From a virus (taxonomy: Duplodnaviria; Caudoviricetes): 52,282 nucleotides of DNA. Made by a program: the position numbers and the translations under genes. The stretch is from positions 1-52,282 of the IMG/VR virus record IMGVR_UViG_3300006789_000002; one strand, written 5' to 3'. The notes under the pieces were generated by a model. The model made no database searches. It worked only from the letters and a program-made list of their open reading frames with translations, and had not been told where the DNA came from. Positions 29,701-37,661 of the stretch are shown piece after piece. Each line of letters opens with the position of its first letter. The stretch's first letter is position 1.

Positions 29701-31175
29701 ATCAAATAGCAAAAGCCATGGAGGAGCTTTCTTTAGTTCACTCTGGAAAGAGAAAGGTAAATGCTAAGAAGGTTTATAACTCAACATTTAAAATGGTTGA
29801 GAACATAAACAATGCTATTGAAAATACTGCAAGGTTTGCTGTCTTTAAAGAATACATTAACGCCGCTGGCGGTACAAAGAAAGCATCCAAACAAGACTTC
29901 GATGATGCCGCGGTTCTGGCAAAGAACCTAACTATAAACTTTAATAGATCTGGAAAACTTGGACCTGTAGTTAACGCACTTTATATTTTTGCAAACGCAT
30001 CTGTTCAGGGTTCTGTAAACATGTTTAGAGGAATGAACCCAATAGGATTTGAGGATGGAAAAGTTGTTTGGAGCGGGGTTTCAAAGTCTGCAAAAAATAT
30101 AATGGGCGGTCTTACTGGTCTTGGTGCACTTGTGCAAATGTACTCAATGTTGGTATCAGATGAGGACGAGGATGGAAGACTCCTTATTGACAAGATACCA
30201 GATCACGAAAAAGAAAGATTCATGGTTATACCAATACCTGGCGTAAAGTTTCAGGATGGCGAGGTTAAATTTAATAAATACAGCAGAAGATATACCGTTA
30301 ATGGCAAGCCATTTGCGTTAGCTATTCCTTTGCCATATGGATATAACATATTCTATAATCTAGGAAGAATGGGAACCGAGGTGGCAAGCAAACCAATACT
30401 TGGATACCAAAAAAGAACGCCAGTAGAAATGAGCAAGGATATGGCTGGAATAATATCTGGAGCATTCTCCCCAGTAGGCATAGGTTATTCTCAAGATCAG
30501 GGAATAGATTATTTAAAAACAGCAGTCCCATCGATAGCTAAGCCATTCTATGAATCCAGAGTAAATGAAAAGTGGACGGGAGCACCAGTCTACAAAGAAC
30601 AGTACCCAGGAACTGCGGAAATTCCCAAGTCATCAAGAAAACTTAGAAACACCAATGAGTTCTATAGAGAATTTACAATGATGATTAACAGTGCTACTGG
30701 TGGCGGTAAGTTCGATAAAGGAATGGCTGACTTCAGCCCAGACAAAATGAAGTTCTACTTGCAGTCCTATCTCGGTGGTATGTATACCATGGCTGAAAGA
30801 ACAGCATCAATATCAGGAAAGATATACAACAACCTCACAAAAGGAACAAACGAAAGCATTGAGCTAAATGAGGTTCCATTTATCAGGGTTCTTACGGCAG
30901 ATCCAATGGACTATGTTGATGCAGGCAACTTTTACAAAAAGAAAGAACTTATATCTCAAAAAGCTAGTGAATATATAAGCTATAAGAAAGATAGCAACAA
31001 GGCTGCATTAAGAGACTATGTAGAAAGAACAGGGTTTGATTCAGAATATCTTAAGCTAGACAAAGCTGTAAAAGGAGCAGACAAAGAACTTAGAAAATTA
31101 AATCAGAAAGAAAAGACAATTATGAATTTAAGAGAAAGGATTACGCAAGGTATTCAAGATTGTCAGATCAGATAG
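23724..31175 (+). CDS. Giant polyvalent ejection protein (HExxH peptidase-like, HhH-glycosylase-like, C-terminal LPD38); C-terminus possibly frameshifted to 31267
   Basis: AHEMGHHID; FWYE..AITSP..KTNEFY..VTVDVWM..QVQAAIW; AKNLTINFNRSG..FANASVQG..IPLPYG..NEKWTGAPV. Confidence 0.8.
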   Translation: MADTFDFNNPLGLDEELEKENSLLGSPDIEKPQEEQNFDSVFEKNKNKKFVDRIINPENYPAPTLTDSQGRKQTHLMSADLDQNNDWVVYPKIILENNKYKRVNMEEAISSGNSINFGKNQDLAQGFSQNYKTKKFKEFYNEDKESFNFEDPLRQEYLRKTATGPVPSDFDGTPIGSAVSFINKVFVKPFVTLSEEAEERYPESPIENLLYAGDITKSLAFKERTEQALFAAGLVNEEETAKYKKGEAQFGVGDYGAGAYAEFYNAKLQIRAKDRYKNDAKYKKSVDDNLAIAQKESIKEFAKIDKAIQKKRSDNNLGPYGSSVSSAVESIAVIGTGMAVNYLSGGRATPAITGGTLTYFGLQTAAASYSEARQQGIPHEQAFGYASINGILEAGTEMVPVMRFLSPRSKGTIKDILKFDLATVAADVTLENVNSLLQEHNSVWFDLESELKTAYDNQNNPLYEGRSVSEVLVDIAGHTTLSSIIAAGSISAFRSTGGIIYSDEVKTLIRNQKDNPELELFIENFSNNVNNLQLNYNAIDSASRILLDPNTNGKGWTADEVIALEYFNQPFIDFRKPLVVGEEGEVSQPDDYVESLELKFPAKKQEEFNFEDPLSGGLKKKVAGPLTSEIDLDLSPIITQRLDANINLLEADLPTNPTLNIDQIRNDSYDQKELDLTKSLIIDTRTFEEKFLEEPSGEQKYYRFRDLNNEEGINASKGIIDLTKSGMPLDIFTDLDFLGAHTKDNRYKTFDASYGIYMPTLRGVSFSPISGISELNFTNKLGSKLNLRSTIAHEMGHHIDFTIGRSPSDNLNVLQPATAESPLFNLPNFSYNESTGALDIADNSGGEVMREALRMFNEGQKGKYYDGNMLRYPFNEMIAMNGSMTPAQERMIKAEVFGQLHELYYTNRSLLEEKAPTALKLIEELNDAISIDGTTKKAQRVQLAFQTPSAQRSVEVSDRRTDAENDRSGDSVPEASARLVGQEESTDGDRVRPEIPELEQVKTTGQVKGAPEGMDSKQKVGALRRKMRGLAEQGVSQRFWYEQSGQALLDITNNNKEDADKLAQVIAITSPGNKVETNFNYALQAYYQYIAGEKVKTGRFPQTASKKIANVFEGKDWSGRKTNEFYNNIMRVIDPSRIQGVTVDVWMVRAFGFDTDAPTPAQYTFVENEVQKISNQLGWEPQQVQAAIWTAQKAIGDKTDVNAAGFNYASALDKSLGQISWESIPGRTSGHMPEMFNVPYEQLQEYHVAISKALQDENGSDFIANTLGILSPGIVEAPGFFEGKVSPGSQTQIALTKIYKADPKTEFAKLEPAAEDLAKAYSAAIGILLKQDGIGYHKPFFQKGIAKTKLNGMDINIGRPLTENETQMIAEAMEKESGIKDYNPIGTANGARLINFSYLDIPNLKFKKIVTNVLDGVQFENNEDVDLGQFASSEGYLSNDWSKNKNGESYIESIRGISPDLQRRVENIVRDLKQRIDEVDQTFSEKYGWTRDESINSNYTGQADLTPPTLSKKVLPEEESQFDIYETMTSNDASQLFQAFSFFQEQAVDKLDRLKAFEEKLGKLVSPKEMRRLSVVRKTDVYHGKVKYGMDKAVEATTEISEFLNSVNITREEFNDFLKNLHAPERNKKINEKYNKEIPELEAELLAETEKGKRTVLKGKITKRKNVLAKYQDSGSGIKTDKAIETLESLGIKFNEKTNKASASNEKGKNLLDAFKLFESYQQDTLNIYRDQDLVDEQTLEDWDSSYRYYVPLVGFSVETIEDNSPRATGGGISVFGREVMEAKGRTSESGPPLEQAVIRRQSAVVRGEKNFIDKSLAELVNTFPDKKLWQVRGVKRNERPHKWDGRESKIGFKENGKQKFIVIRDERLAKGLDAWGNNSMHWSIGVMRGLTGTLSSLYTSLAPEFIVGNFFRDYQTGYFNLLKEQEIEGGRAQNLDLAKAFKPNNIAKTMRQLKDGYVTKSLQEKDPETFALFDAFQKFGGQTGYVNAKDIDQIAKAMEELSLVHSGKRKVNAKKVYNSTFKMVENINNAIENTARFAVFKEYINAAGGTKKASKQDFDDAAVLAKNLTINFNRSGKLGPVVNALYIFANASVQGSVNMFRGMNPIGFEDGKVVWSGVSKSAKNIMGGLTGLGALVQMYSMLVSDEDEDGRLLIDKIPDHEKERFMVIPIPGVKFQDGEVKFNKYSRRYTVNGKPFALAIPLPYGYNIFYNLGRMGTEVASKPILGYQKRTPVEMSKDMAGIISGAFSPVGIGYSQDQGIDYLKTAVPSIAKPFYESRVNEKWTGAPVYKEQYPGTAEIPKSSRKLRNTNEFYREFTMMINSATGGGKFDKGMADFSPDKMKFYLQSYLGGMYTMAERTASISGKIYNNLTKGTNESIELNEVPFIRVLTADPMDYVDAGNFYKKKELISQKASEYISYKKDSNKAALRDYVERTGFDSEYLKLDKAVKGADKELRKLNQKEKTIMNLRERITQGIQDCQIR

Positions 31176-31324
31176 ATGAAGATAAGCACAAAATACATCT
31201 CAGATATAATAAGATACTGCAAGATGGTTTAGATAGAATTGAGAAAAGGAAAAAGAAGCGGGACTAATAAGTACATATACTAGTAGGGGGAAATATGACA
31301 AAGATTATTAACCCCGCTGTAAAA

Positions 31325-32125
31325 CTAAGATATCAGAGTATTACTTACCTCACAAGCATCGCTCAAATAATCTTTTGACAAATGTGCATACCTGTTGACG
31401 ATGTTAAAGTCTGACCAACCACCAAGATGTTGTAATGTGTGAAGCGGTGTTCCGTTCTGCACATGGTGAGTAGCCCAAGTATGCCTTATATCATGCCACC
31501 TAAAACCTTCTAGGTTGGACTTCTTTAATGCGTTATACCAGCCAGTGTTAGAGGCTCTGTTCATTTTTCTTCCTGAGTAGGTGAAAACATAAGGACCCTG
31601 TTGTTTAATTGATCCTAGGAGCTCTCTGCATTTGTTGTTTAATGGAACGCAGAGACTCTTTCCGTTCTTTGTTTCACTACCATCTATAGCTATCTGGTCT
31701 TTTTTTATGTCATCCCATTTAAGATTAAAGCAGTTGGACATCCTCACCCCAGTTAGGAGGCTAAATATAAAAGGCTTTTGCAAGTGAGAGGGGAGCTCCC
31801 TTTGCAGTCTTTTTATATCATCAATGGTAAAGTATTTAATTCTTTTAGAATCTTCCTTTACTCTCTTGATTATGGGCTTGGTATCCAACCACCCTAACTC
31901 TTCGTAGGCGTACATAAGCACAGCCCTGAAGTAGTTTAAATATCTGTTAACGGTACCAGGACTTTTCTTTATTCCCGATCTCGCCTTCACGATATGTTCT
32001 TTAGTAATATCCTTAAGATCAACTCCATCGAAGAGTGGATCAAAATATTTTCGATAGGTAAAGTCATTCTTACCCATCTTATTGAACCTATAGTATTCAG
32101 TAACTGCTTCTTTCCATGTATTCAT
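31325..32125 (-). CDS. int: Tyrosine recombinase/integrase
   Basis: TVNRYL, TGVR, TKNG, WHDIRHT, LGGW, RYAH catalytic set; start 32125 (AAGGA RBS) or 32146. Confidence 0.92.
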   Translation of the reverse strand: MNTWKEAVTEYYRFNKMGKNDFTYRKYFDPLFDGVDLKDITKEHIVKARSGIKKSPGTVNRYLNYFRAVLMYAYEELGWLDTKPIIKRVKEDSKRIKYFTIDDIKRLQRELPSHLQKPFIFSLLTGVRMSNCFNLKWDDIKKDQIAIDGSETKNGKSLCVPLNNKCRELLGSIKQQGPYVFTYSGRKMNRASNTGWYNALKKSNLEGFRWHDIRHTWATHHVQNGTPLHTLQHLGGWSDFNIVNRYAHLSKDYLSDACEVSNTLIS

Positions 32126-32252
32126 TCTGAATCCTTTTTGGTCCATTTAATAATTCTCTTAGTTTCAAAGCCCAAAGTTTTTTAAACTCTGGATCTTTAG
32201 CTCTTTTCTTTGCTTCGTTTAAAGCAACGCACCTTCTTGTTATGTTATCCAT
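32097..32252 (-). CDS. Hypothetical protein (51 aa, not in ORF track)
   Basis: MDNITRRCVALNEAKKRAKDPEFKKLW...; overlaps both neighbours in the operon. Confidence 0.55.
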   Translation of the reverse strand: MDNITRRCVALNEAKKRAKDPEFKKLWALKLRELLNGPKRIQNEYMERSSY

Positions 32253-32325
32253 TTAACAGAACCAGTACTGCCGCACATAAAAGCATACCCATTACAGAAA
32301 TTATAATTAAAGTATCATGCTTCAT
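32245..32325 (-). CDS. Small membrane peptide (26 aa)
   Basis: MKHDTLIIISVMGMLLCAAVLVLLNG; overlaps the upstream gene end. Confidence 0.45.
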   Translation of the reverse strand: MKHDTLIIISVMGMLLCAAVLVLLNG

Positions 32326-32605
32326 TTTTTGCCGCCTTCTTGTTATCCCTGTGTAGTTTATACAGCCTTTTAAAATACTGTATCTCTTCTTGCATGTTGC
32401 CCCAGATCTCATCTTTTGCTTCTTGCCTTTTTGGTGCATCAAGTTTTGTTAGTATTTGAAAGTCTGACTTCTTTGGTGTCCACCAACTATAGTTCAAAGA
32501 CTTGTATGCTGGTGATGGGTCCCCTTCTGTTTTCCATCTCCACTCAACAGTTCCGTGTTTAGTGTCTTCATTAAAGACCAGTAATGCGTTTGGATATATG
32601 TCCAT
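32315..32605 (-). CDS. Hypothetical protein
   Basis: GGGAG RBS; first gene after the promoter at 32637-32665. Confidence 0.65.
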   Translation of the reverse strand: MDIYPNALLVFNEDTKHGTVEWRWKTEGDPSPAYKSLNYSWWTPKKSDFQILTKLDAPKRQEAKDEIWGNMQEEIQYFKRLYKLHRDNKKAAKNEA

Positions 32606-32636
32606 ATTATCTCCCTATTTAATTAATAATGTAAAC

Positions 32637-32665
32637 ATTGTAATTTATTAATGCATGATTGTCAA
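32637..32665 (-). promoter_or_regulatory. Sigma70-type promoter for the recombinase operon
   Basis: TTGACA-17 nt-TACAAT on the minus strand. Confidence 0.75.
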
Positions 32666-33090
32666 ATTGTGTATCTTTTAAAGATGTCGATAGGAATAAG
32701 ACATGCTATTTTTTCTTGATCGTCTCCTCTTCCAAGTATTGATTGAGACTTTATGTTGTTAATCATAATACACTCTATAATTTTTTTTGGCGTTATCCAA
32801 AGCATCTGGATTCCAGTTTCTATAATCCAGAAGTCCGCCTCTGTAGTAAGAAGTGCTGATGGTTTATTAAACATAAACAGTTCAATAAGAATGTTTCCAG
32901 TCTCTTGGCTCTTGTAATCAACCTTGACTTCTATCTTAAGGTCTTTTTCTGGTACAAATATATCGTAGGGTTTAAACTTTCCAGGGACAAGAACAGCCGA
33001 TGGATATTTGTTTCTTAAAGAGTTTAATATTTTGTTTTCTATCTCATGCCCAACCGCCAGATCTTTTTTAAAAGCATCTGATGATGTCAT
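32662..33090 (-). CDS. PD-(D/E)xK nuclease-like protein
   Basis: PYDIF...IEVKVD...TGNILIE...TTEADFW. Confidence 0.7.
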   Translation of the reverse strand: MTSSDAFKKDLAVGHEIENKILNSLRNKYPSAVLVPGKFKPYDIFVPEKDLKIEVKVDYKSQETGNILIELFMFNKPSALLTTEADFWIIETGIQMLWITPKKIIECIMINNIKSQSILGRGDDQEKIACLIPIDIFKRYTI

Positions 33091-33362
33091 TCTTCTTCGT
33101 CTTTTGGTTTGCTTGTAAAGGTCTGTCTTATTTCATAGCCTTGAGAAATGTTCTTCATATTTATTCCCTTTCTAACGACCTCTGATAGCTCATTCCACTC
33201 AAGGATCTCATCCTCATACCTTCCGCATGTCTTACACCTCTGATCTCCAAGGGTTGTTGTGCAAATGCCACCAGTGCACGGAGATCCAGACAGCGATCCC
33301 TTGCCTAGAATAGCCGAGAGTCTCTCAAAATTTGAAAGACCCTTGTCTATATCGTCAGTCAT
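33087..33362 (-). CDS. DUF1289-like Cys-rich protein
   Basis: SPCTGGIC...CKTCGR..EILEW. Confidence 0.75.
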   Translation of the reverse strand: MTDDIDKGLSNFERLSAILGKGSLSGSPCTGGICTTTLGDQRCKTCGRYEDEILEWNELSEVVRKGINMKNISQGYEIRQTFTSKPKDEEE

Positions 33363-33625
33363 TAGGACTCTTCTTTATCCTTAACTTCTTCTTGCTCAAT
33401 AACCTTGTAGGTTTCTGGTAGGTATGAAGTAAGGTTGGTTCTCTCAACCTCAGCACCCACTTGGATAAGTCTTACAAGCTCTCCTAGAAGTGGCTGTATT
33501 GTTTGCTGATAGAACTGTTGTGCCGCAACAGCCCTGTTAGCCTCTTCAGATAAGTCTTCTATATTATAAGACCTTACCTCTTCATCCACCTTTACTGTTA
33601 TTGTTGGTTTTTCTTTATTTTCCAT
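33362..33625 (-). CDS. Hypothetical protein
   Basis: GGAG RBS, coupled ORF. Confidence 0.6.
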   Translation of the reverse strand: MENKEKPTITVKVDEEVRSYNIEDLSEEANRAVAAQQFYQQTIQPLLGELVRLIQVGAEVERTNLTSYLPETYKVIEQEEVKDKEES

Positions 33626-33634
33626 GGTTACTCC

Positions 33635-33907
33635 TTAAAATGGAAGGTCGTCTTCTGTAATCCCAGAAGGAAAAACTTCTTCAGACTTTGGTGCTGGTGC
33701 AGTTGCTCCATAACCTTCTGTCTTTGGCATTACGCTAAAACTTAAAAGTGGTGCCTTTGGATTGGCTCCGTCTTTTCTTTTCCAGCCGTTTAGGAAGTAT
33801 TCTTTACCCTCAACATTGATACTTCCAGTAAAATCTGGTTGAGTTTCCTTTTCTTTCTTTTCGTTTTTCCATAAAGATCCACGATTGCTGTTATCATACT
33901 GTTTCAT
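33635..33907 (-). CDS. Putative single-stranded DNA-binding protein
   Basis: RGSLWKN..QPDFTG..GW, acidic tail EDDLPF; clustered with ERF and YqaJ. Confidence 0.7.
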   Translation of the reverse strand: MKQYDNSNRGSLWKNEKKEKETQPDFTGSINVEGKEYFLNGWKRKDGANPKAPLLSFSVMPKTEGYGATAPAPKSEEVFPSGITEDDLPF

Positions 33908-34066
33908 TTATTTCTCCTTTTTAGACCAGTCCTCTAGAACTTTATTTACAATATAAGCAACTTTCCGATCATTAAATCTATGACCTTCTATTTTGCTAAC
34001 TTTTACAAGCTTATCGTATATATCGCTGTCGATTCTTGAGCTAATTGATTTTTTTACATTAGCCAT
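33908..34066 (-). CDS. Ribbon-helix-helix DNA-binding protein
   Basis: KKSISSRIDSDIYDKL...IVNKVLEDW; GGAGG RBS before ATG 34066. Confidence 0.55.
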   Translation of the reverse strand: MANVKKSISSRIDSDIYDKLVKVSKIEGHRFNDRKVAYIVNKVLEDWSKKEK

Positions 34067-34067
34067 T

Positions 34068-35015
34068 TTATTCCTCCAGTAGTTTGGTATAAACTCTAGA
34101 GTCACCCTCAGATCTGTAATTCTCCATTACGTCTACAGGTATCTCTTGATCCTTTACCAATCTGGCATAGTTTATTCTCCCTCTTGCTTGTGTCATATGA
34201 CACTTCACTTGTGAGGTACTAAAAGCTCCGCCATGCTTTGATATAAGCTTGACAGACAATTCTTTTTTCCTTTCATCAAGGATCGAAGCTTTGTCTTTGA
34301 GCTGCTTTAGTTCTGTTAAAACAGATGCTAATTCAGATGTATCATCCTCATCATCAACTGCCTTGTAATTTATTCCAGGTTCTTCTTTTTCTTGAGTCCA
34401 CCTTTCAATATAATTAGGGTCTATCTTTTTTTCGTTATACCAAACCATAAACTCTTCTGCTTTTGGTATATATGTTTCTGCCCAAGATAGATCTCTTTCA
34501 ACCCACTCTTGATAGTGCTCATCATTGCTATACCATTGAAAGAAAAGCATTTCATCTATGTCCATGCACTCCATAGCCATTTGCATTTGATGCCAGTAAT
34601 TTTTTTTTTGTTCTTTAACATTGGTACATGGTTTTCCCTGTGGGCATTTTACTTCTACAGCAGAAACCTTGCCGTTTCTTCCTTGGACCATTATTCCGTC
34701 TGGAGAAATACCCATCCAGTTATGCTTTGGATGTATAACAAAAGATGGTTGGGTTATCTTGTAGCCCATTTCTGATAGTGTTGCTAAGGCTAGTGGTTCG
34801 CTATCTGTACCGTGCTTCATGGCAAACATAGCAAATTGATTAAAGGGATCTTGAGTTAATTTATTAGACTCTCTATACATGTCTCTGCCCAAAGACTCCC
34901 ATTGATCGCCCTTTGTCCAAATACATTCCTTAGCTGTCTTGCATATTCTTGTGCCAGTAATTCTGTTTGCCCTTTGTTCATGCCACTCAGGTGTGCCTTG
35001 TTTTATTTTAGCCAT
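34068..35015 (-). CDS. YqaJ/lambda-type exonuclease
   Basis: QGTPEWHEQR..ITGT, HG..SE, GISPDG, VEVKCP, YWHQMQ. Confidence 0.9.
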   Translation of the reverse strand: MAKIKQGTPEWHEQRANRITGTRICKTAKECIWTKGDQWESLGRDMYRESNKLTQDPFNQFAMFAMKHGTDSEPLALATLSEMGYKITQPSFVIHPKHNWMGISPDGIMVQGRNGKVSAVEVKCPQGKPCTNVKEQKKNYWHQMQMAMECMDIDEMLFFQWYSNDEHYQEWVERDLSWAETYIPKAEEFMVWYNEKKIDPNYIERWTQEKEEPGINYKAVDDEDDTSELASVLTELKQLKDKASILDERKKELSVKLISKHGGAFSTSQVKCHMTQARGRINYARLVKDQEIPVDVMENYRSEGDSRVYTKLLEE

Positions 35016-35629
35016 TACTTAATCACCTTGCTGTATAAAAGATTTAGCTGAACCCTTGCCTCTTTATCGCTACTAAGATCAGCAACTTTGTCATACTGTT
35101 GGAAAAGCTTGAGTGCCTCTTCTTTTGTTTTGACTTTTTTAAGCTCCTTTTTAAATTCATCTATCATTGATATTTCTTGTTGATCATTTTCTGGTTTTGA
35201 ATTTTCATCCACGCCCTCAAGCTCTGGCTCAACAACACCTTCAAACGGTACACAAAATGTTTCTAATAAGGCATTCCTGTAAGCAAATGATCTTGCCGCT
35301 TCAAGGTCCTTAGCCTGCTGTGACAAGCTATGACCAACATATGATCTGTCTACATATGATCCGTCTTCAGTACATAAAAACCTTAAAGTTCCAACAACTC
35401 TTGTAAGGGTGTTCTTTCCATCAATGAATTTTGTAGATACATTTAAGTCTGGCTGAACTATTGTAAGAATTTTATTTTCATACAGGGGTTTTGAAAAAGA
35501 TTGAATGATCTGATCGATACCTCTATATTTATATTTCTGATAGTTATTGACACCCTCTTTTGCTATTGGGTTGTGCATCATGTAATTTTGTACGTTTTGC
35601 AACGCCTCGTATATTTTTTCTTTTGCCAT
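35015..35629 (-). CDS. erf: ERF-family ssDNA annealing protein
   Basis: IAKEGVN..QKYKYRGID, AKD..A.SFAYRNAL..FCVP; adjacent to exonuclease. Confidence 0.8.
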   Translation of the reverse strand: MAKEKIYEALQNVQNYMMHNPIAKEGVNNYQKYKYRGIDQIIQSFSKPLYENKILTIVQPDLNVSTKFIDGKNTLTRVVGTLRFLCTEDGSYVDRSYVGHSLSQQAKDLEAARSFAYRNALLETFCVPFEGVVEPELEGVDENSKPENDQQEISMIDEFKKELKKVKTKEEALKLFQQYDKVADLSSDKEARVQLNLLYSKVIK

Positions 35630-35649
35630 AATTATTTCTCCTTGGAATG

Positions 35650-35711
35650 ATTGTATTCTTTATAATATATTAAATCAAGTATTTACAATAATTATATTCT
35701 TGTGTTTTAAT
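35650..35711. promoter_or_regulatory. Back-to-back divergent sigma70 promoters
   Basis: Minus: TTGATT(35678-35673)-17-TACAAT; plus: TTTACA(35682)-18-TTTAAT with TG extension. Confidence 0.6.
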
Positions 35712-35731
35712 GTGATCTTACGAGGGAAAAT

Positions 35732-36364
35732 ATGTCATTAGAATACATCACTAAAGTCTTAAAGGTGGAGGTTAAGCCCACCCAGAAACTTATATTAATA
35801 GTCTTGGCAAACTACTCAGACGAGTTTGGACAGTCATACCCATCACACAAAAAACTTACAGAGCTAACAAATCTGTCATTGACCGCAATAAAAAGTAACT
35901 TAAAAGCACTTAAAGATATTGGTTATGTGGACTGGGAAAAAAGAAATAATACTAGCAATCTTTACAAATTAAATGTATGGGCGGGAGGCGACTACCCACG
36001 GGCGGGAGGTGACTACAATACTAAAGGTAATACTAAAAAGAAATATATACTTGATTTGAATAGAATTAATGAAATTTTTAAAGAGCAGTGCGACAAGGTA
36101 TTTTATGTGCATAGTGCGAATGCATTCAAGGCAGAGCCAAGATGGAAGGAACTGCGTGAATTGGGGAGAAAAGGAATCATCTCACCAAAGACTGGTATTG
36201 TTATTGATCTGACGCTAGAGGAGTTCTGGTATAAATATTTTGAAGTAGCAAACTCAGAAGGTCATAAGAAGTGGATTAGATCTTACTGGAGTAAGAAACC
36301 ACAACTAGTAACTATGCTAAGTGTAAATCAATTTGAAGCAATTATAGAGAGGCGATATGGATAA
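35732..36364 (+). CDS. Replication initiator (N-terminal winged HTH)
   Basis: KLILIVLANYSD..SYPS..L..LK..GYV..SNLY; precedes dnaB; contains iterons. Confidence 0.8.
   Translation: MSLEYITKVLKVEVKPTQKLILIVLANYSDEFGQSYPSHKKLTELTNLSLTAIKSNLKALKDIGYVDWEKRNNTSNLYKLNVWAGGDYPRAGGDYNTKGNTKKKYILDLNRINEIFKEQCDKVFYVHSANAFKAEPRWKELRELGRKGIISPKTGIVIDLTLEEFWYKYFEVANSEGHKKWIRSYWSKKPQLVTMLSVNQFEAIIERRYG
35979..36037 (+). repeat. Candidate origin iterons
   Basis: GGGCGGGAGG(C/T)GACTAC at 35979 and 36000 (21-bp period), then AATACTAAA twice. Confidence 0.65.
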
Positions 36365-37661
36365 TATTTATGAATTAGAGGCAAACACAATTGGGTCCAT
36401 GGTGCTGGACTATGGAAAGTTTCAGGAGGCACAGGAGAAGGGATTGCTACCAGAGGACTTTGAGTTCTTATCTTATAGGCAGGCATATGAGATCATGATC
36501 GACAAGAACGCAAACGATATAGTAACAATAAGAAGCAACCTGAAAGATGACTACGCATTTAAAGAGGTGCAAGAGGCGACAGCACATTGTGTTAGTCCAG
36601 CTGGGTTTAGCAGTTGGCTAAAACTTATGCATTCCAAAACAGCAAACAACAAACTACTAAAGCTCGCAAGAGAAATACCAGTAATTGTTGAAGAGAAAAC
36701 CAGCATAGACGAAAAGGTAGATAGAGTTAATCAACTACTTATTGAAAATAAAATAACCAAAAACTCTGGTGCACCTAAAGAGGCAAGAGATATTCTTGAG
36801 ACGGTGCATGCAGAGCTAAGGAATGCTGGAACTGAGTCACAGAACATTGTCAGAACTGGTTTCCAAGGAATAGACTCGAAGATCAGAGGGTTCAAGCCTG
36901 GTGATTTGATTATTGTTGCTGGTAGACCAGGTATGGGAAAAACTACATGGGCTCTAAATATTGCATCGAACAATATATATAACGGCAAGAATGTTTTAAT
37001 CTTTAGCTTGGAAATGACCAACGAACAGTTAGTCAAGAAGATCATAAGCTCAGAGTCTGGCATATCAACAGACAAGATGTTGAGCGGAGAGCTTACAAGC
37101 TCTGACTGGAAAAACTTTGAAAGATCAAAAGAGAGATTGTCTAAGTGTGACTTATATATTTATGACAAATCTCCAATAACAATTGAAACCTTGGTGAATA
37201 AGACAAAGGCAATTCAGGCTGTAAAAGACATTGATCTTATTGTTGTGGACTACTTACAGTTACTTATGACTTCCAGCAAGGCACCTAGTACATCTGACAA
37301 CAGGACCGCATCAATGACCTACATATCAAACCTTTTAAAGGGTCTGGCAAAAGAAATAGGTTGCCCAGTGATATCTTTATCACAGCTAAACAGGGGAGTA
37401 GAATCAAGACCAGACAAAAGACCAGTGCTGTCCGACCTGCGTGACTCTGGTTCTATAGAACAAGATGCAGATATGGTTATAATGTTATATAGAGAGGATT
37501 ATTACGATGCTCTGGAAACAGGGAACTCTGAAATAATAATCAAGAAAAACAGAATGGGAGAAACAGGAACATTTGAATTAAGTTTTGATGGGGCTATGTC
37601 TAAATTTGTAGACCCAGAAGACGTTGCATTCGGGAGAAGAGAAGAATATGGGATCATCTGA
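36357..37661 (+). CDS. dnaB: Replicative DNA helicase
   Basis: GRPGMGKT, FSLEM, VVDYLQL, SQLNR, SDLRDSGSIEQDAD, KNRMG. Confidence 0.96.
   Translation: MDNIYELEANTIGSMVLDYGKFQEAQEKGLLPEDFEFLSYRQAYEIMIDKNANDIVTIRSNLKDDYAFKEVQEATAHCVSPAGFSSWLKLMHSKTANNKLLKLAREIPVIVEEKTSIDEKVDRVNQLLIENKITKNSGAPKEARDILETVHAELRNAGTESQNIVRTGFQGIDSKIRGFKPGDLIIVAGRPGMGKTTWALNIASNNIYNGKNVLIFSLEMTNEQLVKKIISSESGISTDKMLSGELTSSDWKNFERSKERLSKCDLYIYDKSPITIETLVNKTKAIQAVKDIDLIVVDYLQLLMTSSKAPSTSDNRTASMTYISNLLKGLAKEIGCPVISLSQLNRGVESRPDKRPVLSDLRDSGSIEQDADMVIMLYREDYYDALETGNSEIIIKKNRMGETGTFELSFDGAMSKFVDPEDVAFGRREEYGII

Noticed and set aside
31268-31324. attP or tRNA fragment downstream of the recombinase
   Set aside because: No T-arm (GTTCGA) or CCA-end similarity; only an imperfect GCGGG/CCCGC inverted repeat
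35655-35680. dif-like XerCD site (also considered 20140-20170)
   Set aside because: Only weak AT-rich resemblance; the 35.6-kb site is better explained as promoter spacer
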